DNA of 64,000 nucleotides from Eledone cirrhosa. Its lineage: Eukaryota. This document shows positions 53,853 to 64,000 of the stretch, piece by piece. The notes below the pieces were generated by a model. That model was not told where the DNA came from, did not search any database, and saw only the letters and a program-made list of their open reading frames with translations. How positions within the stretch are numbered: position 1 is the stretch's first letter; each line of letters begins with the position of its first letter. Made by a program: the position numbers and the translations under genes. Location: positions 13,888,001 to 13,952,000 of the forward strand of contig OZ024741.1 in assembly GCA_964016885.1 (NCBI GenBank). The letters are read 5' to 3'.

Positions 53853-54090
53853 TTTGTTTTGCAAGGTTTTTGATATGAAATCGTGTGTCGAAACAAATAT
53901 TGTTATACTTGGGGAGGGTCATATTGTTGTAATAATATTGCCAGAAATAATAACAGAACACAATCAAATAAATTAACTATGGAGATATAAAAGATACAGA
54001 AGCGAAAACCAACCAAACAGTGAGTGTGTTCTGTTATTATTTCTGGCAATATTATTACAAAAATATGACCCTCCCCATGTATAACAATAT
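53850..54090. mobile_element. Miniature PLE3-family fold-back with tail
   Basis: 53897-53962 is inverted at 54025-54090; tail 53850-53896 matches 23452-23495. Confidence 0.8.
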
Positions 54091-54104
54091 ATATATATAA
54101 ATAT

Positions 54105-54885
54105 ATAATACAGAAGACCTGGCTGCCCACGGGCCGAAGCTGAAGTATATATACAGTATGCTCACCCCACCTGCCCATACAATCCTTATGAGGACAGGCC
54201 GAAGTATGCATCCAGTGAAGCCACCAGTCCACACTGTAAAGCGGTCATATAGGTGACATGACAAAACACACACAGTCCACATTGTAAAGTGGTCGTGTAG
54301 GTGTCATGACAAAAAGCGTCCAGCCCAACTGTAAAGTAGTGGTCATCTAGGTGTTACAACAAAAAGCACCTAGTCCACACTGTAAAGTGGTCATGTAGGT
54401 GTCACAACAAAAAGCGTCCAGCCCAACTGTAAAGTAGTGGTCATCTAGGTGTTACAACAAAAAGCACCTAGTCCACACTGTAAAGTGGTCATGTAGGTGT
54501 CACAACAAAAAGCACCCAGTCCACACTGTAAAGTGGTCATGTAGGTGTCACAACAAAAAGCCTCCAGCCCACACTGAAAAGTGGTCATGTAGGTGTGATA
54601 ACAAAAAGCACCCAGTCCACACTTTAAAGTGGTCATGTAGGTGTCACAACAAAAAACACACAGCCCACACTGTAAGGTGGTTATGTAGATTACACAACAA
54701 AAAGCGTCCAGTACTCACTGTAAATGAAGTGGGCATTATGAAGGGCATCCAGCTGTAGAAACCAAGCCAGAATCTGTTCTGTATGGGCAAGACATGGTCA
54801 CCTGACCTAGCATTGCCCACAACAGGACAACTCATCTAACCCATACTAGCGTGGAAGAATAGATGTAAAACGGTGATGATGATGC
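54105..54885 (+). mobile_element. RTE 3' UTR with ~41-bp unit amplified about 12 times
   Basis: Units of aaaaagcacccagtccacactgtaaagtggtcatgtaggtgtcacaac, then the RTE terminal core and (GAT)n. Confidence 0.8.
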
Positions 54886-55399
54886 TGATATATTATATTT
54901 ATTAGTTATATATCGTGTTGGTGATTTACATGATAAACACACCCAGTACAACTGTAAAGTGGTTGGTTATAGGGAGGGCATTCACCTGTAGAATTCTTGC
55001 CAAAAAGGAAAAAAACTTCAGGAGGCTCCTCAGTTGTGTCAAAAACATGACAGACTTTCCTTTGCACTCAGTGGAGCATCAACTGTACATAAAATGAGAC
55101 ATAGATCCCTAGCCTGTCTTGGAGACCAGTGGCTCCGTTTTAGTACTGACTTTGTCTATGTAGGCCTGTCCTACCCTAGCAGGGTATATTAAAACAATGA
55201 TGAAGCTGTTATATATGACTAAGACTGTCATTTATCTTAACTAGAATATATAAACCTAACCCATGCTATCTATGAACTCAAGCAAATTGAAGCCATAACC
55301 CTACAAACAGCCCGACCCACCACACAGTACATTAGTTATATATAAATAATGATGATGATGTGGTGTATATTATCTTTTAGCTGACTGATCAATAAGGTT

Positions 55400-56060
55400 G
55401 TTCACTGACCCACAATGTGTTCAACACACTCACTTGTTCACTGACCCACTATATTGTTCACTCTCCCACTGTATTGTTCACTGACCCACTATATTGTTCA
55501 CTCTCCCACTGTATTGTTCACTGACCCACTATATTGTTCACTCTCCCACTGTATTGTTCACTAACCCACTGTATTGTTCACTGACCCACTATATCGTTCA
55601 CTCTCCCACTGTATTGTTCACTGTTCCACTGCAGTGTTCACTCTCCCACTGTATTGTTCACTAACCCACTGTACTTTTCACTAACCCACTGCATTGTTCA
55701 CTGACCCACTGTGGTGTTTACTAGTTCACTGTGTTCACTGACCGACTGTGGTGTTCACTATGTTCACTGACCCACTGTGGTGTTTACTAGTTTATTATGT
55801 TCACTGACCCACTGTGGTGTTTACTAGTTCACTATGTTCACTGACCCAATGTGCTGTTTACTAGTTCACTATGTTCACTGACCCACTGCTGTTTACTAGT
55901 TCACTATGTTCACTGACCCACTGCTGTTTACTAGTTCGCTATGTTCACTGACCGACTGCTGTTTACTAGTTCACTATGTTCACTGACCCACTGTGCTGTT
56001 TACTAGTTCACTATGTTCACTGACCCACTGCTGTTTACTAGTTCACTATGTTCACTGACC
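55400..56060. repeat. 20-bp then ~30-bp satellite based on TGTTCACTGACCCACTG
   Basis: Direct reading. Confidence 0.9.
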
Positions 56061-56080
56061 TACTATCTTCTCTTTCCTAG

Positions 56081-56152
56081 GTCCAGTCTGGTAATATTGA
56101 AAATGTCACAGTCAAAGAAAAAGCCAAGTTCCCTCAAAGATTCTACCCCGAT
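56081..56152 (+). CDS. INPP5A: Internal exon of type I inositol polyphosphate 5-phosphatase (VQSGNIENVTVKEKAKFPQRFYPD)
   Basis: tctttcctag|...|gtaagt; 72 nt, phase 0. Resembles IYSDTLESTPMLEKEKFPQDYFPE of vertebrate INPP5A (recalled sequence). Confidence 0.85.
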
Positions 56153-56689
56153 GTAAGTACTGCCGTATTATTAATCACTAGCAGAAAAACCACCCTCAGG
56201 TGGTGTTCTGCTATCATGTGTAGTGTGTATATTGATATTATACGCAAGTATATATACATGTAGATATGATACATCAAATAACATCGTAATTGACAATATC
56301 CACAGAAATTGAACGAAGACTGCGTTACATTGTCTTATGTAATCAGTAACGTAATCCATGATACAGTAAAAATAGACGATATTATATATAAACTGTATTA
56401 GGAGAAAATTAGTGACAGAAATATATGAATGTTTATTTAAGCGATCGCTAACCGGAAGTGTTGACAATTGAAAATTTTAAAGAAGTGAATCTTAAAATAA
56501 CCAACAATATTATTTATATTTAATCAAGAATAACGAAATTTAGTAGATAAATTATGTAATATTCATTCATTATTTATTCAAAGTAATCCAACTTATTTTA
56601 CAAACAGGATAAAAAAATATGTTCTGGACGCAGTCCCGCACTCTTTACTTTATAGTTTAGATTATTAGTGGATTGGCAGTATTGGTAGA

Positions 56690-56858
56690 GGGTCGGACGC
56701 CATGCTTTGTAGCATGGAGTTGCGGCCCTTTACGATCTGAGTTCAAATCCCGCCGAGGTTAATTTTGCCTTTCACCCTTACGGGATTGATAAAATAAAGT
56801 ACCAGTAATACACTGAGATAGTTGCTGGCCTTGTGCCAAAAGTAGAAACAATTATTAT
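56690..56858 (+). mobile_element. tRNA-derived SINE (second family)
   Basis: GAGTTCAAATCCC, conserved body, (ATT)n end. Confidence 0.75.
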
Positions 56859-56902
56859 TGTGGATTGGTAGTGTCAGTAGAGCGTCGGGCAACATGCCTT
56901 GT

Positions 56903-57542
56903 ACCACCACTACATCACAACCACTACATCACAACCATCACACCACCACCACCACCACATCACCACCACTACATCACAACCATCACACCACCACCACCAC
57001 CACCACCATCATCACATCACCACCACTACATCACAACCACTACATCACAACCATCACACCACCACCATCATCATGACACCACCACCACCATCACCACCAC
57101 TACATCAGAACCACTACATCACAACCATCACACCACCACCATCATCACACCACCACCATCACATAACCACCACTACATCACAACCATCACACCACCACCA
57201 TCATGACACCACCACCACCATCACATCACCACCACTACATCACAACCACTACATCACAACCATCACACCACCACCATCAGCACACCACCACCACCACCAT
57301 CACATCAACACCACTGCATCACAGCCACTACATCACTACCACCACTACCACCACCACCACCACCACCACCACAAGTATCACTACCACCACCACCACTACG
57401 ATCACCACCACCATCACCACCACCACCTCTGCCACCATCACCTTCACTACCACCACCACCACCACCACCACCACCATCACTACCACCATCACCACTACCA
57501 CCACCATCACTACCACCATCACTTCCACCTCCGCCACCACCA
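56903..57542. repeat. (CAC/CAT)n-based minisatellite
   Basis: Direct reading. Confidence 0.9.
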
Positions 57543-57570
57543 TTTCACAACTCTCTATCTCTGTTTACAG

Positions 57571-57623
57571 TTTAAATGGTCCCGAAAAGGATTTTTACGA
57601 ACTCGATGGAATATCAATAATTG
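57571..57623 (+). CDS. INPP5A: Next INPP5A exon (FKWSRKGFLRTRWNINN.)
   Basis: ctgtttacag|...|gtaaga; in frame with the previous exon. KWSRKGF.RTRW is the INPP5A signature. Confidence 0.9.
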
Positions 57624-57661
57624 GTAAGAACTGTTCTATTATGATTTCTCTAACATAATAT

Positions 57662-58980
57662 ACACTGTCATAACGCTACATCTACACTGTCTCCACACTA
57701 CCTTAACACTGCCTCAATACTGCCTTAACACTGTCTCAACACTGCCCCAACACTGCTTTAATACTGTCTCAACACTGCCCTAAAGCTACATCTGCACTGT
57801 CTCCACACTGCCTCAACGCTGCCTTAACGCTGTCTCCACACCACCTTAACACTGCCCTAAAGCTACATCTACACTGTCTCCACACTGCTTTAACACTGTC
57901 TCCACACCGTCTTAACACTGCCCTAAAGCTACATCTACGCTGTCTCCACACTGCCTCAACACTGCCTTCACACCACCTTAACACTGCCTCAACACTGCCC
58001 TAAAGCTACATCTACACAGTCTCCACACTGTCTCAACACTACATCTACACTACGTCTACTACACTATATCTACACTACATCTACTACACTATATCTTCAC
58101 TACATCTACACTACATCTACTACACTATATCTTCACTACATCTACTACACTATATCTTCACTACATCTGCTACACTATATCTTCACTACATCTACTACAC
58201 TATATCTTCACTACATCTGCTACACTATATCTTCACTACATCTACTACACTACATCTTCACTACATCTTCACTACATATATTACACTACGTCTAATACAC
58301 TATATCTTCACTACATCTGCTACACTACATCTACTACACTATATCGTCACTACATTTACTACCCTATATCTTCACTATATCTACACTACATCTACTACAC
58401 TATATCTTCACTACATCTACTACACTATATCTTCACTACATCTACTACACTATATCTATTACACTATATCCACACTACATCTACTACACTATATCTTCAC
58501 TACATCTACTACACTATATCTATTACACTATATCCACACTACATCTACTACTCTATATCTTCACTACATCTGCACTACATCTACTACACTATATCTACTA
58601 CACTATATCTTCACTACATCTACTACACTACATCTACTACACTATATCTACTACACTATATCTTCACTACATCTACACTACATCTACTACACTATATCCA
58701 CACTACATCTACTACACTATATCTTCACTACATCTACACTACATTTACTACACTATATCTTCACTACATCTACACTACATCTACTACACTATATCTTCAC
58801 TACATCTACACTACATTTACCACACTATATCTTCACTACATTTACTACACTATATCTTCACTACATCTACACTACACTATATCTACACTACATCTACACT
58901 ACATCTACTACACTATATCTACACTATATATACACATCTATTATATTAGCTAAACACTACACCATCTACACTGCCTCAAC
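57662..58980. repeat. ACACTG- and CTACACTATATCTT-based satellites
   Basis: Direct reading. Confidence 0.9.
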
Positions 58981-59225
58981 ATGCAATGGCTGGAGAAAAA
59001 TGACGCGAGCATGCTTTAATAGATGTGGAGTGTTAATGTACATGAAGAATGAAGTATTGAGGAGCTGAGAGAAGAACTGGGTATAAGAGAAATGAAATAT
59101 AGTGTGTCAGAGAGATGACTGCACTGGTAGCGACATGTGATGTGTATTGATGATGATTGTCAGTTAATCCCTATAATAGAAAACTGCAGCAGTTGAAAAT
59201 GAAGGTAGACCTGGACAGGGGTGAT
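58981..59225 (+). mobile_element. Highly decayed RTE fragment
   Basis: LEKNDASML..ELREELGIR..HVM remnants. Confidence 0.6.
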
Positions 59226-59617
59226 GGGATCAGAAATGAGGGTGAAGGAACACAACAGGGGTAGGGAAACATGGAAAAATCAAATGTAAAGTACAGATGA
59301 TGATGATGATGGTGGTAGTAGTGGTGGTGGTGGTGGTAGTGGGGATAGTGGTGGTAGTGGTGGTGGTGGTAGTAGTGGTAGTGGTAGTGGTGGTAGTAGT
59401 GGTGTAGTGGTAGTTGTGGTAGTGGTAGTAGTAGTGGTAGTGGTGGTAGTGGTGGTAGTGGTAGTAGTGGTAGTGGTAGTGGTTGTAGTGGTAGTGGTGG
59501 TAGTAGTGGTACATATGCCAGAAAACAATAGTACTCCGTTAAAGATTTAAGATATGAAACTAAGTATCAACATTATTGTTAGATACAGAATATCTTCATT
59601 GTTTATGTGTGTGTATA

Positions 59618-60287
59618 TCATCATCATCATCATCATCATCACCGTTTTACGTCCATTCTTCCATGCTAGCATGGGTTAGACGTGTTGTCCTGTTGTGGGC
59701 AGTGTCTGGTTGGCTCACCATGCCTTACTCGTACAGGAACTGATTCTGGCTTGATTTCTACAGCTGGATGCCCTTCCTAACACCAACCTCATTTACAGTG
59801 AGTGCTGGGTGCTTTTTTCCGTGGCGCCTACATGTCCACTTTACAGTGTGGGCTGTGTGCTTTTTTGCTGTGGCACCTCCACGACCACTTTGCAGTGGGA
59901 GGGTGTGGGGGCATATTGTCTATATGCTTCAGCTTGTACCCATGGGAGGTCGGGTACTCTGTATTACTGCGTGACGCCAGAGGTCACGGTCGTGTGTCAT
60001 CGCCTTTGAGAGGTGCAACTGGGTAAGGTCGGCCCCTATCACCTCATCCCAGGTCTTCTTGGGTCTTCCCACTCCGCGGCTTCCATTGACTTCTAGTGCT
60101 CTGCACCTTTTTGTGCAGCTGTCATCCTTCATACGCATCACATGTCCATACTAATGCATCCGCCTCTCCTGCACACAGCATTTGATTCCTCTTATGCTCA
60201 GTCTCTCTCTCAATTCATTTATGCTTTGGCGTTCGCGTATATTATTATTACACATCCATCGGAGCATGCAGGCTTCGTTTCTTTCTA

Positions 60288-60288
<1 letters not shown>
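59618..60288 (-). mobile_element. RTE family B-like 3' fragment
   Basis: RT C-terminus, 3' UTR and (GAT)n. Confidence 0.9.
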
Positions 60289-60322
<34 letters not shown>

Positions 60323-60370
60323 TATATATATGTAATATATTATACATTCACTCTCAAGCACACACACAGA

Positions 60371-60914
<544 letters not shown>

Positions 60915-61100
60915 ACATATATATATATATATATAATATATTATACACACACTGTATATATATATATATACACACATATATATATATATATATAATATAT
61001 TATACATTCTCTCTCAAGCACACAAACACAGTATATATACATATATATGTAATATATTATACACACACTGTATATATATATATTTATATATATATATATA

Positions 61101-63234
61101 GGAGGAGAATAAATGGGAGAAAGACAGTCTCCCCCACATCGACCCAATAGAGGGACCAGCAGTGTTAGTTGAGGGTAGTATAATAAGTAAGGCAATCAAG
61201 GATATGAAGACGGGTAAGGCGGAAATAGTTGCCTTCGGAAATAGGGCCTTCGGAAATAGTTGCTGAGATGCTGAAGGCATCTGGCATGGTGAGACACACC
61301 TTGGTCACCCGGATAGTTAACCAAGTCGTACAGAATGGGGTTGTTCCGAAGGACTGGCATAGCAGCATCATCGTTAACTGTTATAAGGGTAAAGGAGACG
61401 CCCTAGATAGGAGTAACTATAGAGGCATTAAATTAATCGACCAGGTCATGAAGGTCACGGAAAAAGTAATAGCGCAACTAATCAGAGAGAGAATTGACCT
61501 AGATGAAATGCAGTTCGGGTTTGTGTCAGGCAAAAGTACCACAGACGCTCTTTTCATTGTACGTCAACTACAGGAGAAGTACCTAGCTAAAGGTAAACCC
61601 CTCTACTTAGCTTTTGTCGACTTGGAGAAAGCCTTTGACAGAGTCCTCCGTTCCATTATCTGGTGGGCCCTTAGAAAACTAGGTGTCGACGAATGGCTTG
61701 TGAGAGCTATACAAGCCATGTATAAAGAAACAGTCAGCAAGGTTAGAATTAACAACGAATATAGTGAAGAGTTTAGCGTAAAAGTTGGCGTCCATCAGGG
61801 CTCTGTTCTCAGCCCCCTACTATTTATTATTGCCCTTCAGGCTATAACAGAGGAGTTCAAGACCGGCTGCCCATGGGAACTCCTATACGCAGACGACCTG
61901 ACACTCATAGCTGAATCAATGGCCGAGCTAGAGAAGAAATTCCAAACATAGAAGCACGGCCTAGAATCAAAAGGCCTTAAAATTAACCTGGCTAAGACTA
62001 AAGTTCTAGTTTGTAGGAAATAAAATAAGGCGGCGGTCCCTTCCGGGAAATGGCCATGCTCAGTGTGTAGGAAAGGCGTAGGTAGAAACTCCATTTTATG
62101 TCCCAAATGCAAAGTATGGGTGCATAAAAGATGTAGTGGGATCACAGGTAAGCTAACTAAGAACTTAGATTTTACATGTGGGCGGTGCTCTGGTGCAATA
62201 AGTAGCAGCGAGTGCCCACAAAATACTAACTCTTTCAATTGCGCAGAGGGCTCTATAGAAATAGTGGACAGCTTCCGTTACCTGGGTGACAAAATCAGCA
62301 GTGGGGGAGGGTGCTCCGAAAGTACAGTAGCTAGAGTCAGAACTGGATGGAAAAAGTTCAGAGAGCTTATACCACTATTAGCCGCTAAAGGGTTCTCCCT
62401 AAAAATGAAAGGCAGGCTGTATGATACCTGCATACGAACAGCAATGTTGCATGGCAGTGAGACCTGGGCATTGTGTGCAGAGGATATATGCAGACTAGAG
62501 AGGAACGAAGCTTGCATGCTCCGCTGGATGTGTAATAGTAATATACGTGAACGGCAAAGCATAAACGAACTAAGGAAAAAATTAGAAATAAGAGGGATCA
62601 GATGTTGTTTACTTGAGAGAAGGCTACGTTGGTACGGACACGTGATGCGCATGAAAGTCGATAGCTGTATAACAAAGTGCAGGGCAATAAAGATAGACGG
62701 TAGCCACGGAATAGGCAGACCTAGAAAATCCTGGGACGAGCTGATAAATTCCGACCTCACACACTTACACCTCTCCAAGACACTGGACCGAGACCTTTGG
62801 CGGTACTCAGTAATAGAGAAGACCCGCCTTACCTAAATACATAGTAAAACCTACTACAGCCAGTAGGCATCTCTAACAAAATACACCCCCGTCCCACCAC
62901 CCACACCCCATCCACACCACCCCCTCCTATGTAAAGTTATGTTGGTGCCACAACATCCAGGCCGAAACAAATGGGATCGTGTAGGTGTCACGACAAAAAA
63001 AACACACAGTCCACGCTGTAATGTGGCCGTGTAGGCAACACGGTAAAAACCTCCCAGTCCCACACTGTAAATGTGGTTGGTGTTAGGAAGGGCATCCAAC
63101 TGTAGAAAACCTGCTAGACAGTCCTATGCGAGCAAGACAATCACTCTTGCCTCAAGTGGGAATACCCCCGTCCAAACCCATGCAAGCGTGGAACACCGAC
63201 GTTAAACGTTGATGATGATGATGATGATGATGAT
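61101..63234 (+). mobile_element. RTE LINE family A, 5'-truncated, with a local duplication/frameshift and two stops
   Basis: Homologous to 13975-16063; stops at 61949 and 62021. Confidence 0.93.
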
Positions 63235-63520
63235 ATATATATATAATTCGGATTCATATATAAATACACATACACTAAAATATGTGCTCATATTCGGAAT
63301 ATATTTGCCAGTTATATTTTCAATGTAATTCACAAAATAAATTTGTTATAAACATCAAATTCTGTTACCCCTCCAGCCCATGCCAGCATTGAAAGCAGGC
63401 ATAAAATAATGATGATGATGATGATACATACATCTCAATAGCTGAAATTAAAACCTTATGTTCATCATCAGTGTTGTAATGTCTGAAAAAATAATATATA
63501 TGTATCATAAATATGTAAGC

Positions 63521-63592
<72 letters not shown>

Positions 63593-64000
63593 CATATGTA
63601 AGCACATAAATATATATATATATATGCGTATCTATGTATGCATTATATATATATATGTGTGTGTGTGTGTGTGCATAAATATATATGCATTATATATATA
63701 TATATATATATAATTTATATGCTAGTGTCTTGTTGGTTGTTCTCCCAGTGGTGTAGTTGACAACATCATAACTACACAATATAGACATTATCACATTGAA
63801 ACTAACAACACTATTAACTGGGGACAAATAAACATTATTAAAATAAACACACATTATTTACTGTTCAATTGTTTTTCTTCAAATATTCTGGATGGAATAT
63901 TATTTATTTTATTGTCTTATCAATATGTGAACTTTGTTAAATTTGTCTTCTATAGATTATTGTTATTGTTGTTGTTTTTGCTGGTGCTGTTGTTGTTGTT

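Noticed and set aside
54225-56060. CRISPR-like regular repeats
   Set aside because: Eukaryotic tandem repeats without unique spacers or cas genes.
56858-57658. His-rich and Thr-rich ORFs
   Set aside because: CAC-repeat artefact; only 57571-57623 has splice signals and homology.

Overview
AT-rich, repeat-saturated animal DNA. The SINE/RTE repertoire and (TA)n density suggest an octopus or other coleoid cephalopod (inference). The only host-gene signal is two small + strand exons (56081-56152, 57571-57623) matching the middle of type I inositol-1,4,5-trisphosphate 5-phosphatase (INPP5A), so most of the window is probably intron. The rest is a nest of mobile elements, mostly inserted into (TA)n: a Tx1/L1-type LINE; many RTE LINE copies with a PHD-like finger inside the RT region; tRNA-derived SINEs, some with RTE tails; CR1 fragments; a Tc1/mariner (maT-like) remnant; and at least three divergent RT+GIY-YIG Penelope-like element (PLE) types. 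Highlights: (1) a recurring fold-back-plus-one-sided-tail architecture shared by about 7 unrelated PLE or PLE-like families; (2) many minimal hammerhead ribozyme motifs, some with compensatory changes; (3) a ~100-nt structured RNA, present twice with covariation, that holds the hammerhead core in permuted order; (4) a candidate 55-nt intron that would fuse ORF1 and ORF2 of the Tx1-like LINE in frame; (5) a satellite built from branch-point consensus directly upstream of an INPP5A exon. Element boundaries were read by eye and are approximate.
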